A DNA stretch of 64,000 nt from an uncultured Elusimicrobia bacterium. GTDB taxonomy: Bacteria > Elusimicrobiota > Elusimicrobia > UBA1565 > UBA9628. Positions 24,530-32,782 of the stretch are shown here, one piece after another. Position 1 is the stretch's first letter, and every line of letters begins with the position of its first letter. Made by a program: the position numbers and the translations under genes. The notes beneath the pieces are model-generated. The model saw only the letters and a program-made list of their open reading frames with translations. It had not been told where the DNA came from and ran no database searches. Location of the stretch: assembly GCA_903830945.1 (NCBI GenBank), contig CAIKVT010000025.1, positions 7,816-71,815 on the forward strand, read 5' to 3'.

Positions 24530-27058
24530 ATGTTTGCCAAACTCATATATGCTTCGGAAGCTCGCCGAGTTCTAGCACTGCGACCCCAGGACATCTCATC
24601 CTTGGTCCAATCGCCAAATCCCGAGAAGAGGGGGGGATTCGCGACCGGACACGGATTGCCCCCGCTTGGCGTGAAAAGCGACAATTACTTGATGGCTTTT
24701 GACCCTGATCCCGACAAGCTCCCTGGTTCCACGCCGTCCGAACTCGACCAAGCCCGTGCGGAGATCGAGCGCCTCCGCCGTGAGAACGAGGAACTCCGGC
24801 AGCGCCTGGCTCCTATAATCGCTGATGCCGCGGACCCCTACCAGCCCCAAGCCGCTGAGCTTCCGCTAGAGATGCACTCCCTGCCGACCGTTGCCAATTC
24901 GTCTCCCGTCCAGGACAAGATCGCCCTATTCCGCTCCCTCTTCCGCGGCCGCGAGGACGTATTCGCTGTCCGGTGGACTAGCGACCGCACTGGCAAAAGC
25001 GGCTACTCCCCGGCCACCGAAGAGCCTCCCTGGAGCCTGCGCAAAGGCCAGCCGCGCAAGTACCTGCCCCTGACCGACCAGGTCATCCATGATCACCTCG
25101 CCGGCAGCAAGACCATTGGCATATTCCCTCTGCTCAAGGACGACTCCTGCTGGTTCTTGGCCTGCGATTTCGACAAGGAGGGCTGGCAACTCGACGCCGT
25201 GGCCTATCTCGAAGTCTGCCGGCGCTTCGGCATCCCCGCCTGCCTGGAGCGTTCCCGCTCCGGCAACGGCGCCCATGCGTGGATATGTTTCTCGGTCCCG
25301 GTGCCAGCGGTCCAGGCCCGCCAACTGGGCATGCGCCTCTTGCGGCAGACCATGGATGCCCGGGGAGACCTGGATCTCGGCAGCTACGACCGCTTCTTTC
25401 CCAACCAGGACTTCGTTCCCAAAGGAGGCTTCGGCAATCTCATCGCCGCGCCGCTCCAGAAGAAATGCCGGGCGCTTGGCAACAGCGAGTTCGTTGACGC
25501 CTCTTCGCAATGCCTCAAGCCCTGGCCGGACCAGTGGGCCTTCTTGAGCAGCGTCCGGCGTCTCAGCCCGGCCCAACTGGAGGCTCTGCTGGAGGCCATC
25601 CCGCCTGTTGCAGTCGGGCCCGGCAAACCCCAGCCGGCCACGCCGGCGCTCAAGGCTCGGCATCCCGCGCCCAAGCAGGTCCGCTGCGAGTTCGGAGCCT
25701 CATTCAGCGTAGAGAAATCCGGCATTCCGCCCTGGTTGCTCTCCCAGATCAAGCACCTAGCCTCTTTGCATAATCCGCAGTTCTACAGGAACGAGAAGAA
25801 CCGCATCTCCAACCACCAGACCCCGCGGTTCATCAAGTGCTATCGCGAGGACTTCAGCCATATCCATCTGCCCCGCGGCACGGCCGAGGAAGTCCAGGCC
25901 ATTCTGCGCGCTGCTGGCAGCGAGCCCGTCTGCACGGACACGCGGCGGCTGCCCGATCCGATCCCTCTGGAATTCCTCGGCACTCTGAGGCCTGAGCAAG
26001 AGCACGCCATGAAGGTCGTGCTGGGCCATGACATGGGCTTTCTTGTCGCGCCACCGGGGGCGGGGAAGACTGTCATGGGCTGTTTCGCTGCGGCCCGACG
26101 CGGACTTCCCACTTTGATATTGGCCGGCAAGAAGCCTCTCTTGGAACAGTGGCGCAAGCAATTGATCGCTCTTTTGGGCCTGACTTCCCGCCAGATCGGA
26201 CAGGTCGGCGGCGGTCGGGACCGCCAAAGTGGCGTGGTGGACTTGGCCATGATGCAGAGCCTGGCGCGCCGCGAAGACCTCGCCGCATTCTTCCGGCCCT
26301 ACGGTTTCATCATCCACGATGAATGCCACCATGTCCCGGCCGCCACGTTCGAGGCCTGCATGCGGGAGTCCTCGGCGCGATACATCCTCGGGCTGACCGC
26401 CACGCCCTACCGCAGGGACGGCCTGGAAGACATCATCACCATGCAATGCGGGCCGATACGGCATCGGATGGGAGACAGCGACAGCGGCCTGCTGCTCAGG
26501 CTCAACATCCGGGAGACGGCGTTCGTCTCGCAGTCGAACGGCGAGACGCTTCTCCCGATCCAGGAAGTATTTCGGAATCTCGTTCTGGATGATGCCCGCA
26601 ACGCGCTGATCGAAGAGGATGTGCTGGCAGCCTTGAGCCGGGGGCGGCGTTGCCTTATCTTGAGCCATCGCAAGCAGCATTGCCAAATCCTGGCCGAACG
26701 GTTGACCCAGAAGGGGAAAGCTCCGTTCGTGCTCAACGGCGGCCAGGGCAAGAAGGAGCGGACCACGATCATCAAGGCCATCCAGGAGACCCCGCAGGAC
26801 CAGGATTTGATTGTCGTAGCGACCGGACAATATCTTGGGGAAGGATTCGACTGTCCGCAACTCAATACCCTCTTCATGGCCTTCCCCATCGCCTTCAAGG
26901 GCAACATGGTTCAGTATGCAGGACGCATCCTGCGGGAATCTCCGGGCAAGACTGACGCGGAAGTCTTTGATTACGTCGATGCCCAGACCCCGGTTCTCAA
27001 GAACATGTATTTCCGTCGTCAGAAGGCGTATAAGGCCCTGGGATTCGTGCCCTGCTGA
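24530..27058 (+). CDS. Archaeo-eukaryotic-primase (PrimPol-like) domain fused to an SF2 DEXH helicase
   Basis: N-terminal coiled coil (ELDQARAEIERLRRENEELRQRL). The AEP-like region reads KIALFRSLFRGREDVFAVRWTS...GKSGYSPA...FLACDFDKEGW...SRSGNGAHAWICF...GGFGNLIAAPLQ. The helicase has Walker A LVAPPGAGKT, motif II IIHDECHH, GLTATPYRRDG and a C-terminal RecA-like lobe. The likely true start is the ATG at 24692 (MAFDPDP...). I recall database names such as TOTE conflict system primase-domain protein for this architecture, but this is unverified. Confidence 0.8.
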   Translation: MFAKLIYASEARRVLALRPQDISSLVQSPNPEKRGGFATGHGLPPLGVKSDNYLMAFDPDPDKLPGSTPSELDQARAEIERLRRENEELRQRLAPIIADAADPYQPQAAELPLEMHSLPTVANSSPVQDKIALFRSLFRGREDVFAVRWTSDRTGKSGYSPATEEPPWSLRKGQPRKYLPLTDQVIHDHLAGSKTIGIFPLLKDDSCWFLACDFDKEGWQLDAVAYLEVCRRFGIPACLERSRSGNGAHAWICFSVPVPAVQARQLGMRLLRQTMDARGDLDLGSYDRFFPNQDFVPKGGFGNLIAAPLQKKCRALGNSEFVDASSQCLKPWPDQWAFLSSVRRLSPAQLEALLEAIPPVAVGPGKPQPATPALKARHPAPKQVRCEFGASFSVEKSGIPPWLLSQIKHLASLHNPQFYRNEKNRISNHQTPRFIKCYREDFSHIHLPRGTAEEVQAILRAAGSEPVCTDTRRLPDPIPLEFLGTLRPEQEHAMKVVLGHDMGFLVAPPGAGKTVMGCFAAARRGLPTLILAGKKPLLEQWRKQLIALLGLTSRQIGQVGGGRDRQSGVVDLAMMQSLARREDLAAFFRPYGFIIHDECHHVPAATFEACMRESSARYILGLTATPYRRDGLEDIITMQCGPIRHRMGDSDSGLLLRLNIRETAFVSQSNGETLLPIQEVFRNLVLDDARNALIEEDVLAALSRGRRCLILSHRKQHCQILAERLTQKGKAPFVLNGGQGKKERTTIIKAIQETPQDQDLIVVATGQYLGEGFDCPQLNTLFMAFPIAFKGNMVQYAGRILRESPGKTDAEVFDYVDAQTPVLKNMYFRRQKAYKALGFVPC

Positions 27059-27197
27059 ACTGCCTGTGGATATGCCGCTCATGGGGACGACGGGGACAAG
27101 CCTTGCTTGACCCCCTCGCCCCCAAGCGCTCGGACCCAGCTTAGCTGGGCCCACATGCCCACAGGCCTGACGATGAACTTTCTGGAGGAGTAGAGCT

Positions 27198-27686
27198 ATG
27201 GCCGGATATCCGATTGCCGCGGAGGCCCTCGACCTGGAAGTCTACCTTCTGGCCTGTACAATCGCCGCCAGCAGGAAGCTGCGCGCCAAAGACCAGCGCC
27301 ACCCGAATCTCCAGAGGCTCGCCAGGACTTTTGAGCTGTCGGAAGTGACCCGGAGGTTGGTTTCCCTTGCGGTTGTTGTCAGGAGCATGGATGAGGGGCG
27401 TCATCGAGCGGACTTCAAGAAGATAATCGTTGGGACTCTGACCCCCGATGAGAATAGGCCGCGCAGATCAGAGCCCTTGAGTCTGCGCGAGGCTTGCAAC
27501 AAGATCATCCATGCTCAGGACTTCAATTCCTATCCTGGCATCAAAGCCGCAGAGCTAAAGGAAGATACCCCGCTTCGGCCCACGGTGGAGCTCTGGGGTA
27601 GCCGGCGGGACAAGGGACAAGAACTCAGGTGGACGGCGAGGATTAAGCTCTGGCCGTTCCTGGATGCGGCTGCCGGCAAGCTTTAG
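27198..27686 (+). CDS. Hypothetical 162-aa protein, likely partner of the AEP-helicase
   Basis: Good SD (GGAGGAG) 7 nt upstream of the ATG. Same strand as the helicase, 139 nt downstream. No recognised domain. It contains LREACNKIIHAQD, which superficially resembles a HEPN RNxxxH motif with Cys in place of Arg. Confidence 0.5.
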   Translation: MAGYPIAAEALDLEVYLLACTIAASRKLRAKDQRHPNLQRLARTFELSEVTRRLVSLAVVVRSMDEGRHRADFKKIIVGTLTPDENRPRRSEPLSLREACNKIIHAQDFNSYPGIKAAELKEDTPLRPTVELWGSRRDKGQELRWTARIKLWPFLDAAAGKL

Positions 27687-27695
27687 CTGGCCTGT

Positions 27696-27731
27696 TTTTG
27701 CCGCAAAAACGTGCCTTGATTTGCGGCAAAA
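27696..27731 (+). terminator. 12-bp stem hairpin between convergent genes
   Basis: ttttgccgcaaa-(12 nt)-tttgcggcaaaa lies 10 nt after the stop at 27686 and is flanked by T/A runs. It could serve either convergent gene. Confidence 0.5.
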
Positions 27732-27836
27732 GCTTATGGGTAAACATGCCTCCTCCGTCGTGACCGGGCCCTTGCGTTCGGTGATTCGCGATGTTCATTG
27801 AAAATGAACAAGCTCGGATGGATCGCGACAAGCGGA

Positions 27837-28271
27837 TCAGCGGCTATCTTCCAGGCAAGCTTCGTTGAGCCGTTCGCCCATACGGTTCTCATGCTTCAGG
27901 AAATCGATAGCAAACCCGTCGATGCGCTTCCAGATATAGGACGAAAACCTGACAGGCTTTCTGTTCCCGCCCCTGTCCCGATAGTTCAGATTGTAGGTGC
28001 CGACCTTCTGATAGAGCACCGGGATGGCCGCTGAGAGCATGTCTTCTCCATGGCGCACCAGGTGCGGGCGGAAGACCCTTTCGCAGAGCCGCCAGATGAC
28101 GAAGCCGACATGCCGCAGGACAAGCTCATCTCTGCTGGCCCGCACTCCTTTTTGAGCCTGCCTGATCAACCACCGTTCTGCAGCCAGAGACAGCCGCGGA
28201 TGCTTCTGGATCACCTCGCGATAGGCTTCCCACATGCGGCATATGATGGCGAATGCGGACGCAGCCTTCAA
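27837..28271 (-). CDS. Sigma-70 region-2-like protein lacking region 4 (truncated or orphan sigma-like domain)
   Basis: LSLAAERWLIRQAQKGVRASRDELVLRHVGFVIWRLCERV...GEDMLSAAIPVLYQKVGTYNLNY...VRFSSYIWKRIDGFAIDFLK follows the region 1.2/2.1-2.4 pattern of sigma-70 and ECF factors. Only 144 aa with no C-terminal HTH. The start is ambiguous (TTG 28271 or ATG 28235). Confidence 0.5.
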   Translation of the reverse strand: MKAASAFAIICRMWEAYREVIQKHPRLSLAAERWLIRQAQKGVRASRDELVLRHVGFVIWRLCERVFRPHLVRHGEDMLSAAIPVLYQKVGTYNLNYRDRGGNRKPVRFSSYIWKRIDGFAIDFLKHENRMGERLNEACLEDSR

Positions 28272-28329
28272 ACTTGCCGATGCCCAGCGTTGCTTGCAGT
28301 GGGAGTAACCGCAGCCGCCGATGAAGTCT

Positions 28330-29499
28330 TTAAACCAAGGCCGGCAGAAGTTTGTCCGCGGAGATGATACGCACTCCGTCCGCGATCCGATCCACTCCAG
28401 GCTTCTTGAGCACCTGGTAGGCGAACGGGATATTCAGCTTTTCGCGGAAGTATCTCAGGTTGGGCGCGAGACTGTCATCGTTTAGCTTGACCTCCACCGC
28501 GAACCAAGGCTTTTCGTCCACCGTCACCAGAAAATCCACTTCCCGTTTAGACGTGTCGCGCAAGAAGTAGAGTCCCGTTTTAAAGCCTTCGTGGTCGTGT
28601 AGCCAATGGACGAGCTTCAAGAGGTGGGAACCGACCAGGTTCTCGAATCGGGCGGCTTCATCCGTCACCTCCGACCAATCCCAGAGATAAAGCTTCGGCT
28701 CCTTCTTCAGCGCCCGGAACGATGTCCTGGAGAAAGGATAAACGCGGAAGTGGTAGTAGAAGGATTCGAGGATATTCAGCCAATGAGACACGGCACGGTG
28801 GCTGACTTCGAGGTCTTCACGCATGTTGTTGATGGAGAGCAGCGCCCCGACCTTGGAGGGCAGCATGTCGCTTAAGACCTGCATTTTGCCCAGTTCCCGG
28901 ATCATCTCGGTATCGCGGATGTCCTCGCGGAAAAGCCGCTCGTTGCGCTCGCTGTGCCAGCGCCTGAGAGTGCGGTCGTTCTGGGAGAACAGCGGCTCTG
29001 GGAATCCGCCGAACCGCTCCAGGGTCGCGAACTCCTGATGATGCACGGTGTCGATGGGCAGCTCTTTGAAGGGCTCGATGGGGCTCTTCTCCTTGGCCAA
29101 TTCGGCCAGGGTGAAGGGGTGCATGCGGTAGTAGTGATAGCGGCCTTGCAGGGAGTCGCCGCCTTTGCGGTAGATGTCCAGCCGTGCGCTCCCGGTGACC
29201 AAGAAGCGATATTTGTCCTTGTGGACGTCGTATTCGCCCTTGATGAACCGCTTCCACCCCGAAAACTTGTGGATCTCGTCGAGAATGATGAGCTCGGCGG
29301 CGCCCGGCCATTGCGCGGCCATGATCTGCCTGCGCTCAGCCTTGTTGTCCCAGTTGAAATAGGCCGTTTCCTCGAATTGGGCACCGACCAATATCCTGGC
29401 CAGCGTGGTCTTGCCGACCTGTCTGGGGCCGCCGACGAAGACCATCTTGTTCTTCAGATCTTCGACGATCGGAGAGGATAGGTAGCGTTTCTTGGGCAT
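28330..29499 (-). CDS. AAA+ ATPase of the COG1373 type (AAA_14 + DUF4143)
   Basis: MPKKRYLSSPIVEDLKNKMVFVGGPRQVGKTTLA (Walker A), ELIILDEIHK (Walker B) and a C-terminal restriction-endonuclease-like fold segment EVDFLVT...PWFAVEVK. The ATG at 29499 is preferred over the TTG at 29529. Confidence 0.85.
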   Translation of the reverse strand: MPKKRYLSSPIVEDLKNKMVFVGGPRQVGKTTLARILVGAQFEETAYFNWDNKAERRQIMAAQWPGAAELIILDEIHKFSGWKRFIKGEYDVHKDKYRFLVTGSARLDIYRKGGDSLQGRYHYYRMHPFTLAELAKEKSPIEPFKELPIDTVHHQEFATLERFGGFPEPLFSQNDRTLRRWHSERNERLFREDIRDTEMIRELGKMQVLSDMLPSKVGALLSINNMREDLEVSHRAVSHWLNILESFYYHFRVYPFSRTSFRALKKEPKLYLWDWSEVTDEAARFENLVGSHLLKLVHWLHDHEGFKTGLYFLRDTSKREVDFLVTVDEKPWFAVEVKLNDDSLAPNLRYFREKLNIPFAYQVLKKPGVDRIADGVRIISADKLLPALV

Positions 29500-29589
29500 G
29501 GCTAGAGTGTATGTAAATATTTGCGCCAAGGCAAATAATTACATGATATATTTTGCCTTCGGGCTAATCTTTAACCTCTCTTCGATGGC

Positions 29590-30570
29590 CATGGATCGCC
29601 CAATCAGCCTATGCAGCGGCTGATGTTGGCGCCGGTCTGACAGGCGAATTATTATGGAGCTCAAGTGCAATATGGCCTTCCGCGGGTTCGTGGGTCTCGA
29701 CATCGATTCAAGGGTGTGGGACGATACGACATTTTCCAAGAACCGCGAGCACCGCTTCGACGACGCGAATATCTTCGAGACACTTTTTGATGACACGGTG
29801 AAGCGGGCCGTGGCGAATGGCTGGGTCAGTGATCACTGGTCGATAGATGGCACGCTGGTGCGAGCCAACGCGAGCCATAAGAGTTTTGTGCCCATCGAAC
29901 TCCACCAAAGTCCTGAGCAATTCCGCGAGACGATCTCGGGCAAGAAAAGGCCGAGCGGCAGCGCGGCAATGACGACGACAAAGGCAATCCAACGGTGGAT
30001 TGGCGCGGCCAGAAGCGCGCAAACAAGACGCACCGATCGACGACCGACCCGGATGCCCGTATCGCCAAGAAGAATGATAAGGAAACCTCGGCGCCCGGCT
30101 ATACGGTCAATGGGATTATGGAGAATCGCAATCGGATTCTGATGGGCATCGGGGTCGAAGTGTTTCAGGGCCCGACCTCGGAGCGCGAAGGCGGCTTGAG
30201 CTTGATGGAACGAGCGAAGAGACGTTTGAAGCTCCGTCCCAAGACGGTGGGCGCAGACAAGGGCTACTTCGAGAAGAAATTCATCAAGGGGTTGTTCCGA
30301 AGGCGCACCGAACCGCATGTAGCAACTGAGGATCGGGGGAGCACCTGGGCACATATGCGGGTGAGGATGCGGCAGAGAGGGTTTGGCTACGGCCTGAGTC
30401 AGAGGGCTCGCAAAAAGATCGAGGAGCTATGGGGTGAGGGTAAGGATTGGCATGGGCTCAGACGATTTGCCAGACGATTCCTGGAAAATGTTCGGCAAGA
30501 AGCTTGGCTGATTGGTTGGCTGCTCAATTTGAAACGATTGGCGGCGATACAAGCGCGAGCGACGGCATGA
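29590..30570 (+). pseudogene. Decayed IS5/IS1182-family DDE transposase (N-terminally deleted, at least one frameshift)
   Basis: Fragments lie in different frames. DRPISL is followed by an in-frame TGA, then SDRRIIMELKCNMAFRGFVGLDIDSRVWDDTTFSKNRE...IDGTLVRANAS in frame 29654. The frame shifts near 29995-30142 into ...DPDARIAKKNDKETSAPGYTVNGIMENRNRILMGI...VGADKGYFEKKF...LRRFARRFLENVRQEAWLIGWLLNLKRL. No inverted terminal repeats were identified. Confidence 0.7.
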
Positions 30571-31025
30571 ATGCACACAATTCACAGCCCCAGAGCGGGG
30601 CTGCGACGAGTTATGCATGGACTTTGTGCCGGTCATGGGCATGGATTGATGTCCATTCCAAAAAAATCAGACCTTTTTCAGCAGCCTGCTCACCAATGAA
30701 GCGGTCCGCTTGGCCCTGGACCAGCTCATAGGGCGAGGCATTGCGCGCAACCGTGGCCGATTCGGCCGCGAACTGGTCTTCGCCGCGGAAGAGATCATTG
30801 CCCTGCTCTCGCGTCCCTTCGGATCCGACGTGGCGCAAGCCCTCAAGGAAGGGCAGCGGGCGCTGGGGGAAAACGCCAAGTCCAGATAATTTGTGCAATG
30901 CCATCGAGCGCTTATGTAATAAAACGATTGGAATTAAATATCTTTTTATAATGCATGAAATTTAATAAAATATACTTGCAATAAAGTCTATTCCGATGTG
31001 CACTTAATTGAGCTTGGGGATAGGC

Positions 31026-31646
31026 ATGAAGAGCGCTGAGAAACTAAGGGACCGAATGGAACCTGGCCGTGTCTATCGGCGGCAGGATTTAGCAGGGTTC
31101 TCGACTGCCGTTGATCGCGACCTGAAAGCACTCGTCACGGCCGGCGAGGTCCGCAAGCTTTCCGGAGGACTGTATTGCCGGCCCAAGCCGAGCCAATGGG
31201 GCGTCTTGCCTCCGGACGACCGGGAGCTCGTTCGTGCCTTTCTCAAAACCGATGATTTCCGACTAACATCCTATAATGACTTCAATTCTCTCGGGCTTGG
31301 TCTGACTCAGGTCTACACCGTCTATGTCGTCTACAACCACAAACGCACGGGAACCTTTACACTCGGTGGGAAAGAGTTTCAGTTCCGCTTTGTCCCGGCG
31401 TACCCCACTGGCGAGGTCGTCGAGCCGGAGTACCTGCTCGTGGATATGCTCAACAATCTCCGAAGGCTGCCTGACAATGTTGAACTCGTCCTTCGAAATC
31501 TGAAGAGCGGGGTTAAACACTTCGACCGGACCAAGGTCTTCGACTGTCTGGAGCGTTACGGCAACCCTGCCGCAAAACGGCTGCTTCGAGAGGCCTATGC
31601 CTATTCCCCGCTTGCTTCTTGTCAGAGAAAACTACATATTGTGTGA
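31026..31646 (+). CDS. AbiEi-like (type IV TA antitoxin / DUF6088-like) wHTH protein, orphan
   Basis: GRVYRRQDLAGFSTAVDRDLKALVTAGEVRKLSGGLYCRPKPSQWGVLPPDD...LTSYNDFNSLGLGLTQVYT follows the AbiEi/DUF6088 pattern from memory. No AbiEii nucleotidyltransferase gene is adjacent. Confidence 0.45.
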   Translation: MKSAEKLRDRMEPGRVYRRQDLAGFSTAVDRDLKALVTAGEVRKLSGGLYCRPKPSQWGVLPPDDRELVRAFLKTDDFRLTSYNDFNSLGLGLTQVYTVYVVYNHKRTGTFTLGGKEFQFRFVPAYPTGEVVEPEYLLVDMLNNLRRLPDNVELVLRNLKSGVKHFDRTKVFDCLERYGNPAAKRLLREAYAYSPLASCQRKLHIV

Positions 31647-32037
31647 CATCATGAGAAGCCTAAGAACGCCAAAAAGTATAGAACTCAAAATCGTCGCGAG
31701 GTACGCTCACAGCGGCCGAGGTCCGAGTCCTTGTCACAATTTCCACTAGAAATGGATGTGCGGAAAAGTGTGCGGTTTGGTCGATTTTGGCAGCGGGTAG
31801 TAACACCTGTCAACTGGCCCGCATCAGCCCAAAACGCAATGTTTGTCGTCGAGGAATTGAACTGCCGGGGGGGACCAGGACCATAGAAGAAGAGGCCCGT
31901 ACTAAGTCCAACGGTTTATTGAACCGTCGGAATCAGGTGCTTACCCATCATGCCATAGGATGAGATAGCGCCGTGCTCGCCGTTTCTTTTTGCCCCGAAG
32001 TTGCGATCACCGAGGTCTTTTTAAATTTGCAGGCGGG

Positions 32038-32076
32038 TTTACAGACCGTTGCTTTTGACCGCTCAGCCACCCAACC
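32038..32076 (-). repeat. Remnant copy of the 5' half of tRNA-Tyr (acceptor 5' strand through anticodon loop); putative att site
   Basis: Exact 39/39 match to 24269-24307. The sequence diverges completely on both sides, apart from a GG(T)TT stretch with a 1-nt indel. Confidence 0.85.
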
Positions 32077-32782
32077 GGTGTTAACTTCTGATTCTATTCG
32101 TAGAACAATTCGACAACGACGACTTTTCCTAAAAAGCCCGTTTTTGGCCGAGTGTCCAAAAAGTGTCCATCTCTAGACGTTTAGGCCGCCCAATCACGGC
32201 GGGCTTAAGGTGGATATGATACACAGAATCGGACCGCTGCCGCAAATCCTCGACGAGAGGCTCAGGCAGTTCGCTCTCCCTTGCGGATCTGTGGAACCTT
32301 CAGGTGTATATCTGGCGGCCGCAAAGACCGTGGCTTCTTGTCTGGCTTCACGAGACTGTGCTTTTGAGTCTTCAGAGCATTATGCCGTGCCAATGCGGTC
32401 GGGGCAGGATTTTTGACACTTGATAATATTCATCATTCGAAATACACTACGTGGGATATTTTCCAATGTAGCCGGGGGGCTCTTCGGGTTAACGCGTTTT
32501 TGGTCACAAATAGGTCCTATAATTCGTAGCGAAAGGTCATGTATCAAGCGCATGCGGACGGCGCTGGCTGCAGTGAGCCTCATAGCGCCTGATTTCGAGA
32601 CGGACACTTTTTTGGACGGTGTTCCGTCGGTCACAAGAATATGCGCTTGTACTCGCTACTATCCAGAAAACTATCCAGGGGATTATCGCTAGTGTGGAGA
32701 ATGGTCAATCAATCTCCGCATTAAATGCGATAAATAGAGGCATTGATAATGCTGAGAATAGATTGTATAATATCCGCATGAG

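Larger units (their letters stand above)
24269..32076. mobile_element. Putative integrated genomic island (about 7.8 kb) at tRNA-Tyr, flanked by a 39-nt direct repeat; no integrase visible, probably decayed
   Basis: The 39-nt sequence tttacagaccgttgcttttgaccgctcagccacccaacc occurs identically at 24269-24307 (within the tRNA) and at 32038-32076. The intervening genes are typical accessory, defence or mobile cargo, including an IS pseudogene. Confidence 0.55.

Noticed and set aside
31973-32416. Short ORFs (31973..32176 and 32210..32416 on the plus strand, 32380..32634 on the minus strand) in the 1.1-kb gap between the AbiEi-like gene and fic.
   Set aside because: One overlaps the tRNA-Tyr remnant. 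None has an SD, motifs or coding-like composition. The region is more likely non-coding island-junction sequence.
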